Of a DNA stretch of 64,000 nt, positions 1 through 12,000 are shown piece after piece; the first letter of the stretch is position 1; each line of letters opens with the position of its first letter. The stretch is from Glycera tridactyla (taxonomy: Eukaryota). A program made the position numbers and the translations under genes. The notes beneath the pieces were generated by a model that made no database searches, was not told the origin of the DNA, and worked only from the letters and a program-made list of their open reading frames with translations. The DNA is taken from contig OZ286462.1 of the NCBI GenBank assembly GCA_965644265.1, positions 35,836,001-35,900,000 on the forward strand, given 5' to 3'.

Positions 1-332
1 TGGATTCACATTTGATTCAGTGAAGGTGCAGTGTTGGCTCTTCAATCATTGGTTGGCTGGTACAACTATCAAATATGACTAGGTTGTCGTTACCTATAGA
101 GTGATCACTAGTTGTCACTTGTAAACATTCCAAAGACAAGAAATGAACTAGCTATGTGTGCATCCTTCAGATGATTCCAATTGTTTTTTGGCTAGAATTT
201 TAAGATTCATTTTTAACTGCATTGCCGTGGCCATTAAGAACTGATGACATGTTCACTTGATAAAACATTGACCTTATGGGATCTTTATATTGCCAAAATG
301 GACAGCAAACCTTAACAAAAAAATACTAGCTA

Positions 333-506
333 TAGTGAAACTTGTGACCAGAGACCACACTGAATGTTACCAGAAGTGGTCTCTTGAAAGAGAGTTGGTC
401 TCTTGTTGGAGGTATTTGACTATGTCAGATGGAAAGGCTGCTCTGCAAAAGCAGTCTCCCATCAGAGGTGGTCTCTTCTCGAGGTCTCCTGTCGCAGCTT
501 CCACTG
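333..506. mobile_element. TA-flanked MITE, Tc1/mariner-pogo-like family A
   Basis: TA|tagtgaaacttg...cagcttccactg|TA with internal gagaccac/gtggtctc subterminal motifs. Confidence 0.75.
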
Positions 507-1071
507 TACTTTTGCACACTGAAGCCAAAGATAAAAGTACACAGGGTCTACACACATCTGAGAATGTTAATGCACAGTATTATATGGATCTTTATCAGGG
601 TATGTCTTATATGTATGACATTGTTCATGTATGATGACCTATATTTCCTTGATTACAACTATTGAAATGGGATAGGCTGTATATCTGTTCCTTATGTGCC
701 AAATGTTCATCAAACAATACTCGCCTGGATTTTAAGATGAGAGCAGCACATATGATGGAGTGGGGAACTAAGGCATGTAGGGATCACCTTGTAAAAGAAT
801 TGGATAACCCCACCTCAATTTATTCTTGTTGCTTCCAGGGCTTCAGATAGTTGGTGGGCCTGGACCCATCCCCCACCCCCCTTCGATATTTGTTAACAGA
901 CTGGAGGATTACTACAATATCTCAGAGAAAAGTTTATGACTGTCCCATATAGGTTACTGCCTCTCTTTTTTGCAATTTTACATGTTCAGAGTACGATGCA
1001 TTGTAAGTTTTGGATATACATTTACATGTTTGTACTTGTTATATAGCAAATGTTTATGAAGTCAGTAAATA

Positions 1072-1077
1072 ATTAAA
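1072..1077 (+). promoter_or_regulatory. Possible ATTAAA polyA signal of a convergent plus-strand neighbour whose CDS is outside the window
   Basis: UGUA/U-rich UTR-like sequence at 960-1070, then ATTAAA and a GU/U-rich downstream tract. Confidence 0.25.
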
Positions 1078-1149
1078 AACTATGACTTGTAGTTTCTGTT
1101 TTTCATTTTATTTTCATCATTTGCCATTATGTACAGCAGTGTACTGAAA

Positions 1150-1700
1150 AATGAAATGCACTTATCAGTGTTGCTCAAGAATTATACCACAGATACGGCC
1201 GTTTCAGTGAGATACAGACCCATGAGATATTGTGACAGATATACCACGGTTTTGGAAATATCTCATGGATACTATAGGCGATGTTATTCAGTGATATTTT
1301 GACTCATTACTCTTCAAAATCAACCGAAATGATTGAGAATGTAAAAATATGAATGAAAACGTGCCTCTTTGTTATGAATTCTTGAAGGGATTTCGTGCCG
1401 AATTGATGACCTATGTAACGTCTCGTAGATCTATGGGTGTTCGTTTCAGCGTTCTGTGCGACGCTTGATGACGTCACAATCGGCAGTAACCATGCTATCA
1501 CCCACTGATTGTGACGTAACAATGCTTCCCGTGCAAGGAGGCTAGGCTTTGTTATTGTATTTATACGCGCAGCATGATCGCCGATTCCGCCAGTTTTCTG
1601 TTCTGTTTGTAATTAATTTCGGCCTCGTACCGTCCCACGGCAGTCCCGCCTCGTGGTATATTGTAATTTTATTTGATAATCATGCGTTCTTGTTATAAGA
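1150..1700. repeat. CpG-rich segment, probably a young non-autonomous interspersed repeat
   Basis: Sharp local CpG excess, internal inverted motif tgacgtcacaatc/gattgtgacgt, weak terminal ataccac/gtggtat symmetry. Confidence 0.4.
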
Positions 1701-1829
1701 TCTCTCCACATTACACCATTAATGCATAATATGGGATAACTTTATACTAGATCATGTGGGCTTTGTCTGCAGAACAAAATCTGTCATCACTGCTCAGTTG
1801 CTAAGTAGATGCAATGGTACCTGTGGCGG

Positions 1830-2003
1830 GATACCCCTGGTGAGAGACCACCTCTGATACCCCTGGTGAGAGACCACCTCTAATGGGGGACCGCTTCTGC
1901 AGTACAGCTTTGCTATTTGACTTAGCCAAATGTACCTCTAATGAGCGACCACCAATTTTTTTTCAGTGGCATTTATGGCAGATTCTCATCAGATGTTTCA
2001 CTG
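1830..2003. mobile_element. MITE family A, degenerate left end with a 26-bp internal tandem duplication
   Basis: gatacccctggtgagagaccacctct occurs twice (1830-1855, 1856-1881); ends atgtttcactg|TA. Confidence 0.65.
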
Positions 2004-2075
2004 TAATTTGGTCCCCAAATTCTCTGAGATGCACTTGCAGCTCAATGTGTTCAACTTCAAGATCCATTCTCTAAT

Positions 2076-2752
2076 CTGATTAGATATCTTAATTGATCCA
2101 CACTGATTAGATATCCTAATAGATCCACACTGATTAGATATCTCAATTGATCCACACTGATTAGATATCTTAATTGATCCACACTGATTAGATATCTTGA
2201 TTGATCCATGCTGATTAGATATCTTAATAGATCCACACTGATTAGATATCTTAATTGATCCACACTGATTAGATATCTTATTTGATCCACACTGATTAGA
2301 TATTTTAATTGATCCACACTGATTAGATATCTTGATTGATCCATGCTGATTACATATCCTAATTGATCCATGCTGATTACATATCTCAATTGATTCATGC
2401 TGATTAGATATCTTATCTGATCCACACTGATTATATATCTTATTTGATCCACACTGATTAGATATCCTTATTGATCCACACTGATTAGATATCTTAATTG
2501 ATCCACACTGATTAGATATCTTGATTGATCCATGCTGATTACATATCTTAATTGATCCACACTGATTAGATATCTTGATTGATCCATGCTGATTACATAT
2601 CTTAATTGATCGACGCTGATTAGATATCTTAATTGATCCACTCTGATTAGATATCTTAATTGATCCACACTGATCAGATATCTTGATTGATCCACACTGA
2701 TCAGATATCTTAATTGATCCACAATGATTAGGTATCTTAATTGATCTGCACT
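2076..2752. repeat. 27-bp minisatellite, about 25 copies (consensus ctgattagatatcttaattgatccaca)
   Basis: Direct head-to-tail tandem array without spacers; accounts for the GSIKISNQC-repeat ORF. Confidence 0.97.
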
Positions 2753-2860
2753 GGAGGAGATGCACTATTTAATCTCTTGGGACTGGCTGCACTTCTGTCC
2801 ATTCAAGATTTTATTTCTGACTATTGCCTCCTAATTGGAGTCAGCCTTCAATCTAGTAAT

Positions 2861-3140
2861 CAGTGATGTCAATGAGATGAAGCAAAATTTTCAGAAATAT
2901 TGACACATTTTCTGAAACTACCCCCACATACAGTGAAACCTGAGACCAGAGACCGCCCTAAATGTCAACAAAAAGTGGTCTTTCAAACACGGTGGTCTCT
3001 CGTCGGAGGTATATTTGACTACAGTATGTCAAATAAGAAAGCAGCCCTGGAAAAGCGGTCTCCCATCGGAGGTGGTCTCTCGTCGGGGGTCTCTTGTCGC
3101 AGGTTCCACTGTATCAACAGAAGTTTTTGTCCCTAAACTC
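2861..3140. mobile_element. Third copy of the CAGTG-terminal element, interrupted by a MITE; right end lost
   Basis: 2861-2930 aligns with 48558-48629, and similarity resumes at 3114. Confidence 0.7.
2931..3111. mobile_element. MITE family A inserted into an older CAGTG-terminal element
   Basis: TA|cagtgaaacctg...caggttccactg|TA; the empty site is visible in the paralogue at about 48628. Confidence 0.85.
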
Positions 3141-4385
3141 CATATTTTTGTGTCAAAATTGAAAGCTACTTCCACTCACGGATCATTCTGATTACTAACA
3201 CCCTTTGATCTGGGTTTGTGAGTATTACCTGCAGGGGGGCGTAGCATCCAACTTTGGTAAATTAGAAACCCAAGCCTCAAGGTTAATATGTGCCATTAGG
3301 CTTTGAGCAATCAGTATACATGTAGATCTTCTAGACTTGCTTCGATATTCTATCTTGGATCTGGTGAATATTTACTCTAGAGGAACATTGTCAACTTGCA
3401 TCATTGTTATGTCAAATGATGGAAAATTGTCCATTGTTAAATCTCGGATTACAGTCTGCAGGATCTGCCAATCACATTTGAGGTAGGGAATTGTTCATTT
3501 CAGCGAGGAAATATAACTGGAAATCCAATGGATGATTATATTCTCGCATGAATGATATATTTATTTTAATATGGACAAAGTCTTTGTGAACCTGAGTCTT
3601 CACTTTTGTTGCACTTATAGAATGAGCACTAGCCATGATAGCACTATGTTCAGCTCATCAGTCATTTATCAGTCGTTGAAGTGAAGAATCATACTCATAG
3701 TTCCTTGGTCATCCACAAGATGTCATTCCTTGTAATAAACATTGCATTGGTTGCCTGAAAGCCATGCCATACAGCTGCATTGAGCAGTGGGCCGTTTTTG
3801 ACAATTTTTGAGTAGATCGGCCTCATTTTGCCAGTTGTAGGGGCGCAGATCCTACAATATCTTTAACTGACACTGTATTGTTTCTCACATTTTTGGCCCC
3901 TTTCTATGACATGTTGGCCAATATTTATCTACTCAGTGCGAGGGCCAAGTTGGCCCGCATCTTGAGGAGTTGGTAGCAGCACATTCTGGTCTAGTCATGG
4001 GACATCTGCAATCCTCATTCTCACAAATGATATTGCCCACAAAAGGGTCGTGCTAATTCCAATTAAAATGTGGGGGGGGGGGGGGAGGGGTTAGAAATTC
4101 CGACCACTAGCCCTGAACTATTCAGCATTCCATACCCCGTAATCCAAGATTTTCTAGGAACCCATCACTCCTACATTCAGAATTCGGAATGTAGGGGTCG
4201 CCTACATTCAGACTATAGGCATAATTTGTACCACCAAAGCCTGGATAGCAACCTCTCACCAAATTCCATTCACTATTCCATTGGTACATTGAACTTGAAT
4301 AGAAACTCCTGCCTTTTACTTTATCTGATCTCTAGTAGCTCTTCATCACTCCCGCCACTATCCTTCAGAATTCTAAAAACATGTA

Positions 4386-4540
4386 CAGTGAAACCTGCGA
4401 TGAGAGACTACCTCTGACTGTGGACCGCTTTTCCAGGGCCGTTCTATTTGACATCTTCAAATATACCGCGGACGAGACCACCTCTTTTGAGACCACTTTT
4501 TGCTTACATTTAGGGTGGTCTCTCATCAGAGGTTTCACTT
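4386..4540. mobile_element. MITE family A, opposite orientation to the 2931 copy
   Basis: TA|cagtgaaacct...aggtttcactt; reverse-complement similarity to 2931-3111. Confidence 0.8.
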
Positions 4541-4910
4541 CATCCATGGGATTTGGAATGTAGAGGTCACCTCCAAATTCTTATTATGGCAAAACTTCAA
4601 CCCCAAATTCAGCAGCTACCATCAGAGGTGGTCTATCATCAGAGGTTTCATTGTACATGTATTTAGAATTGCCGACATTCAGGGTGGTCTCTTCTCACAG
4701 GTTTCACTGCATCAAAAGAATTCGGGATGCAGGTGTCACCTCCGAATTCTTAGTATTTTGGCACAACTCTAACCCCAAAGTCAGCAGCTGAACCAGCTCA
4801 ATTCCCACTTTGCCTCCCATTCCAGCGAATCATTTTCTAATGGAATAGCCCTAAAACAGGACATACAGTGAAAAAAGATAAAAAGTCAAATAATTAAAAT
4901 AATATTACAT

Positions 4911-4916
4911 TTTATT
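4911..4916 (-). promoter_or_regulatory. Candidate Shroom polyadenylation signal (AATAAA), implying a 3' UTR of about 3.9 kb
   Basis: First canonical minus-strand AATAAA I found after the stop codon, followed by a strongly U-rich tract (4870-4905). Confidence 0.35.
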
Positions 4917-7900
4917 GACCTTACATGTGCAGTTGACGTCATAGCATAGAATCACTTACAAAAAGTACGATCTAGATAGTACTAATCATCATGCTGGATT
5001 CCAGCACTGATAATACAACTACCTCGAAATATGCGTTTGTCATCAAACGCACCGTCTTTGACATCATACACAATGATACACATAACTACATCAACAGCGC
5101 CAGATCTTTGATATAAGGGGCCACCATGGAAGAGGGTGCCCCTTATAACATGCATTACTGGGAACCTTCTATCACAAGACTCTCCACATAACACATAGGA
5201 AAGCTTTTCAAGCACAGACATATGTTAGAGTCTAAGGGGGATTTAGGAGTAGCTATTACTCGGGTCAACTTGTAATGAAGGTCAAGGTCATGCCACTAAA
5301 GTCATCTAGTCTACTGCATTTTGTGCCAGTCACATCACTTGCCATTATTCCCCGCTTCTGCCTCACTTCAAAATTCGATGAGCACGGAAGTTACGCAAAT
5401 AATCCATCCAAAACGCTCATAATACAAAGCGCCAGAGATATTTCTTGGAAGTTTAATGGAATCACCAATACAGAAAACTGACTGTAATGAACTCCACCAA
5501 TTATAGAATGTTCAACATATCTATCAAGACGAAATGCATTTCCAAGGATGCCGACATTCTTGACATGACTACGTAATTATGCCAGATTTCAAGAGTGATG
5601 ATGGTAGTACAGTATTTGCAATGATCAAATAACAGGAATTGGAATTTCTTGAAAGTAATTTTACACATAAAATGCCAAAATCTGGGCTTCAAAGAGAAAA
5701 ATCATTACTCTAAAATTGTAATGGCTGGCAACTCTGCATTTCTAGTGAATGCGGAAGTGGTATGGCAGTTGCAGTAGGTCTCAGAGAGGGACTCGACTAT
5801 GATTGACGCTATAAAGGCAAACTGATCATGTCACCCATCGCGGGGTTCGGTCGGCTACATCATCTACACGGGAGAGAATAAATTAGGGATAGTGAGAGCA
5901 CAAGACAAAAGTAGAATCACTAGCTTGATCAGCTATACCACAGCCACAATAAACGTATTCACAAACTGGCGATATATAATTTACCGGGAATCTACAATAT
6001 CTTGCTGGTGACATTGACAAGGTGTCGTCAATTTGACATTCGACCCGTCAATTTCCAAATGGATTCATCGCCAATTCTCAAACATCAGCTTGAATACATT
6101 ATAAATCTGGTGATGCTACCTATTTATGGCTTAAATAGATTCAGGCCCAGATCTAGAAGTTGCACGATGAAGCAGTATTCTTTTGAATTACATTAGACCA
6201 TTACAATTTGTTCCCAAAAAAGAATATAATGTCCAAAGACTGTCACCATTTGAACAATTTCAGATAGATTCCGGTAAATCTTGGTAGTTGATATCCATGA
6301 TTAAGAGTGGCTTGAGGAGGTAACAGCTGTGAAAGAAATTATGAGGAATTTAGTGTTGAGTACATGCCTCAATAAGCCAAGCTTCACAAAGACTCCAGAA
6401 GCATACCCAGTGTATTTGCATGCAAAATGATTTGTGACACTTGAAAGAAGAAATGGGCTTGATATGAACCATAATTACAATAAATACAACAGTGTGATTG
6501 TTATTTCAGGAACTCAGGCAAAATCTAACTGGGATAAATACTGAGAACTTGTGAGGCTGAATGTCTGTATGTCTGTGTGTGCGTGTGTGCGTGTGTGGGC
6601 TCCTATAGCTGCAATACACATATGTACAATCATATACAAAACCATAATATACAGCTTCCACAGGAGCCCAAGGTAACTAATATACAACCTGCATGGGAGG
6701 CCAACACAAGAATAATATACAATCTGTATGGGAGGCAAATGCACTTAAATATCATCTAATGGTGTTATCACTTTTTATCTTATGAACAAATATTATATAT
6801 ACAGCCATAAAAGTAATACGTTCATGTACCTCGATGTAGCAGATCATGAAAGTTTGAATCTATTCGAGGATATTTTAAATCGAAATAAAATCACTTTATA
6901 ATCCAATGTTAGATGACCTTAAACGGGCAAATGTACTTTTAACTCTTCATCTATCCAATATGGAATCACAAGTTTGCCAGTAATTCCGCGGTATCGACTG
7001 AGGATAAATACAGAATAGATGATTTGAGTATGATGTACAGAAACCTGTTCTATACAAATGGAACTAGTAAATGCTGCTAGTGCATGTGCATACAGTTCTG
7101 TAGTGGGTGAAGACCAGCTTCCGAAATGTGAGATATCATTTGTCAAAAAAAAAAACATCTTCGATGAAACAAAGAATGTGCATGCTTGTGAAACAAGAAG
7201 TGTACTTCCAGCTAAGGAAGGCATGGTAAGCTTAGCAGCTTGAATTCTTGGCAAGTAACTAGAAATGAATGTACATGTACCTCAAATACACAGGTGCCAA
7301 GAATTTCTAAAAGCAACAAAGCGTTACTACGACTGAAAGAAAATGAATCCCAGCTTTTTCAATGAAATTCTAATTTGGAGTCACATCACAATGAAGCAAA
7401 CAAAAATAGCCAATCACTGGTGAAACTCCTCTCCAAAAAAATATATATTTCCTCAAGAGGAGAGATATAAATGTAGGTTAATTGTTAACTCACAGTTATT
7501 ATAGGACAAAATCGTAGTTTGCTTTGTTTATATCTCAAATGGGTCACTTGCAGCATGTAGAGGGAAGGATGTGTTGCCACTATCCTAGATTAAATCCATG
7601 ATATATTTAGTGCAAAATTCAATGGCTTCTGTCGGACTGAATGTGATGCATTTGAGATATAACATGACTGCACCAGTGGTACATACTGTACACATAATGA
7701 AAATCACCCCTCTTCATAAATAAAAATAAAAACATGAGCACCAGCAGTTATCAAACACACAGAGAGTCAAGTAGGAGTGACTAGGAGTGTCCATGGGCCA
7801 CTTGTATCCAAATCTGTACCATTCCAGGCTGGAAATCGTCTTTCTAGATATTACTATCTTGCTAAAAAGCAACGCCTGATGATATTAACTTATCAACTCA

Positions 7901-8825
7901 TCACGTCATTTGCCTTGATTGTCTGACTGGTACTGACTAAACAAATGACCCAGATTAAAAACACAACTCTCTGTCTCTTAAAACTGCTTACTGGTGACTG
8001 ATAAGCAACACAAAACAAAAATTAATGATAACATGAAAGACGAATGTATTCCTCCAGATGAGGAAGTTGACTGGACTTGACACTGATATATTCTCAGTCT
8101 GTCTTACCCCATAGTCGCCCCTCTCACCCCACACTCCCTTCCCCCATATATTATTACATGTCCTGATCTGCACACAACTGAATACATGTGTGACATGTCA
8201 ATTCCATTTACAAGAACACTCACCGAAAGCGACATACAGGCAGTACTTGAAAGTGCCATCTAATGGCAACATGGAGGAACTGTTGACCAGCTACAAGGAG
8301 GTCAGTGAATTTCCAGGTATGTGTGTCATAATCTTGGTTTTACAGCATGAATAAAACTTCAGCTGATTCTGAGTTGTGAATGAACGTTCATGACACCCAA
8401 ATTTATGAGTTGCTGACTGATTCCCCAAAATGCATGGTATGGAAAAATGTCATCACCAAAATCACATAGCAAAACATCCTCCAATTTTGGAATAACTGTA
8501 AAATCATGAGCTGAGATGTCATCTCATCACATGAATTCCCGCCATAGATGTCCAATGTGCAAAGTTTCACGATTTTTGTGAATTTCGCCAGCTTTAACTA
8601 GGATGTACAGACCAAGACTAGAAGAGAGTCTTATCGCCCGTCATATTGTCAGGAGGCTGAAAATGTTCACATGTTATACATTAGACTACACGTGTAACCA
8701 AATATACAATATGATAACAGGGAATTCCAACCTCCTCATGTGAAAACCTTGGGAGAAATGACCCTTGCTCTTGACAATGACCCTGCATTTTTGTTGGGAC
8801 ATGACCCACAAGATTATGGACGACT

Positions 8826-9089
8826 TCACGCGGTGCTACACGACATGCTTTTCTGCAGAGCCTTTAACTGCTCTTCACCAAGGGATATCTTATCCTCAAG
8901 TTCTTGCTGACTGAGTGTCATTCGGGCTTTGTTTTTCACGAAATGTTCATAATCCAGAAATTCATCATCGGTGAGGTATTTACGGAGGTATACTGCCACT
9001 TGTTTACTTCGGCGATCGATCCCTTCCTTCAGCTGTTTAGCATCCTCCAATTTCTCCTTTAGCTCACTGCATTTTCCCATCATATCAGC
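8826..9089 (-). CDS. Shroom: Shroom terminal coding exon (C-terminal ASD2), ADMMGKC...KSMSCSTA*
   Basis: Acceptor tttttag|GCT at 9091-9090, phase 0, stop TGA at 8828-8826; the sequence matches the ASD2 C-terminal helix. Confidence 0.93.
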   Translation of the reverse strand, partial: ADMMGKCSELKEKLEDAKQLKEGIDRRSKQVAVYLRKYLTDDEFLDYEHFVKNKARMTLSQQELEDKISLGEEQLKALQKSMSCSTA

Positions 9090-12000
9090 CTAAAAACAGT
9101 CAAAAGGCAACAAAATTAGAAGCAATATAAATATGTCGAACTTGACAATTATATGTATGATACACTTTTAACATCTTTGAAATAATGTAGGGATGATATC
9201 TTTCTACTGAACAAAATTAAAAGCAATGCTGCTTGTCTTTAAGATTGATGATGAGGTATGTATGAATTCATGGGAAATTCTGAAATTTTCTTTGGCAAAT
9301 AAGGTGTGAAAGATGTTCCTTTTTGGCATGAAGTGATTCAGCATCATTCAAAAGCATTATGAATATCATCACCACACAATCATCCTCACCATTACCATTG
9401 CATTTTCATAGTTGATACTATGATTATTGTCATCACATTTGCTGAAATGGAAGGTTCAAACCGGCTAAACTTACCTTCTGTGTGACAGGGGCATCTTCAG
9501 GCAGTGCCAGGAGAGCATTGTCGGCGCGCGCCAGACGTCCTGAGATCTTCAGGAGTAGGTACATCACTTTGTCAAGTTCGTCAACGTACAGCTTGTATTT
9601 GTCAATTTCGGCACGAGTTTGACATTTGCTCTCCACCACAATACGAATCTAAAACACAAAATAATTGAAATTGTACATTTCACAGTAATGCCTGACTTGA
9701 TATTTTATTAATTTCTGATGAACAAAAAAAGCAGCAGTGACAATTTCAAAGAGTAACAGTGCTATTAACTGCAATGAAATAGAATGAAACATCCAAATTT
9801 TGTCGTATTACTCATGAAATGCATGTAATTGTAGCCACTACTCCAAAATCTCAATGGTTGGCATCTCGCCTGCAATGAAAAGCCAACTGTTTTAAGCAGT
9901 GGTTTTCGCATTTCCTGCCGGACGTATTTTGCTCTTTGCTTTTATGGTCATGGTACAAGATGTAGAGAACTTATGATAGATCCCCAACACTTGTGTTCAA
10001 AGCTCAAGAGGGTGATGCTTGCACAGAACGTTTATCCTTAAAACCCTTCCCAATAAAACAAATCTCTGGCTATATCGATCCCCACAACAAAAACACTCAA
10101 AATTCTTGTGAGTTGATTCTAATACTAGAGACTTCATTAACCCAGAAATAGAATGGTAATACAGCTGAAACAAATGTGATTTTGATTTTATTATTTTTTC
10201 AGTCATACATACCTGAGCACCAAGTTCATTGTTTGAAGCGATATCTGTTTTGATAGACTCTCGTTCATCTCGCAAGATTTCAAGTTTCCTCTTAATGCGA
10301 CTTTCAAGCTCCTCCTGGTGAAAAAGAATGTGTAAAAATTACAAAGAGTGTCAATACACAAGATGTTCCAGTTTAAATTTTTTTCTGCCACCCTCTAGGT
10401 CACTTGTGGCAAGATAGCAGAATAGCATATCTTTAATTAGAATGCCAACTTTGACATATTCTACAAGCAATGTGATGAGGGAAATTGTAATATGCAGTCC
10501 ACTAAATAAGTTTATTACCAATATTGTCAATTTGGAAGAGAAGCTATGCCAATATTTGCAATTGATTGAACAGAGAAATCCAGTATGATCATCTGTGAAA
10601 AGCAAGAATTTTGGCCATGACCCTGTAGCCACTATTTCAAAATCGTAATGCTTTGCATCTCTGAAAACTGAGTGACGCTAATGAAAGTTTTGACATGTTT
10701 GGTGAAAAGAAGGTCCAAGCATGTCCATTCAGCACACACACAAGATATCAGGTGTCATGATCTGATTGGACTCAACACAAAATCAATGTACTCACCTTTT
10801 GTCGTTGCAAGGAGTTTTCGGCGATACCGAGATCTTTGAGGATTTTTTCCGTCTTGCAGTCAGAAAGAGATGAGTCACTTGGTGACCAGAAGGGGGCGCA
10901 TGATGGGGCAGAGGAAGAGGACCTACAAAAATACACATAAAGGTCAGGCATGTGATTTGATTGGGATCAAAAAACTCTTACGAAATGCATTAGGTGGATT
11001 TTTTTTTTTGGAATGTGTAAACCATGCAATCCTATAGAAATGCTTCCTATGATGCAAGATAACTCAAATGGCAGATATACTGAATCACCAGCACATTTTA
11101 TGAAATATCCAACTTCCATGTCTTATTCTTAAGTTATAGACACCAAATGCTCAGCATGCACTATGTTCAGCTATGTTCACAATTTGCAGCAATTTTCCCC
11201 GGAAAAAACATGGGAATCAGAAGATCCACCGAACTGTAACAATGAGATACAGTGAAAACTGCGTCGAGACCTCCAATGAGAGGCTACCTCTGATGGGCGA
11301 CCACTTTTTCAGGACTGCTCTCATATATACCTCCAACGAGAGACCACCTCTTTTGAGACCGCCTTTTGGTGACATTTAAGGTGGTCTCTAGTCGCATGTT
11401 TCACTATACTAGTAGTATCACTACACTGTCCTGCCTAAGCTCAGCACATGATGGACTGGTGTGATATCTGGGAGTCTGTATTTTTGATTCATTCAGCATC
11501 ATAACATCTGTCATTGAGAGTGTCAGTCCTTCATTATCAACATCAGGTTGTCTTGCCAGCTGAGTATACGAGAACAGCTAGGATGGAATTGTACAACAAA
11601 TTATGTTCTGCATCAGGAATATCTTCCCGAGACAAGAATCCAATTATGAGCAATGATATAAGTTTCAACTCATTTAGGTGTGTTGAATATTAAGGTGGCA
11701 TTAATCAACATATAACTGGCTAAAACTTTGAACAAAAACCCTCGCAAATATTTAGCTCTCATTTCTTGGAGATGAATCCAAATATTTTACATTGCCTCCA
11801 CATCTCAAAACATTGAGTATGTTCACAATTAAAGCTGTCATCTTATAAAAAATTCATATCACATGTACTTACTTGGTTGGTGTGAATTGCAGGGGTAAAT
11901 CTCGAGTCAGGCTTGGTCTGCGAGAAGTATCAACATTTGTATCGAATATCCCCCCAACGTAATCCATCGTTTGTTTGAGTTCTGGTGGTGGGAGGATGAC

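Noticed and set aside
290-634. ORFs over MITE copies (also 2900..3136, 4365..4563, 11173..11379, 43228..43689)
   Set aside because: The similar peptides simply translate the same non-coding MITE; there is no transposase motif.
1998-2765. 255-aa ORF and the overlapping 131- and 84-aa ORFs; also considered as a CRISPR array
   Set aside because: By-products of the 27-bp tandem repeat; GTG start, no unique spacers, no cas genes, eukaryotic context.
5281-5290. Recurrent TCAAGGTCA nuclear-receptor-like motifs (also about 15961)
   Set aside because: Short, scattered and common in invertebrate repeats; no clustering.
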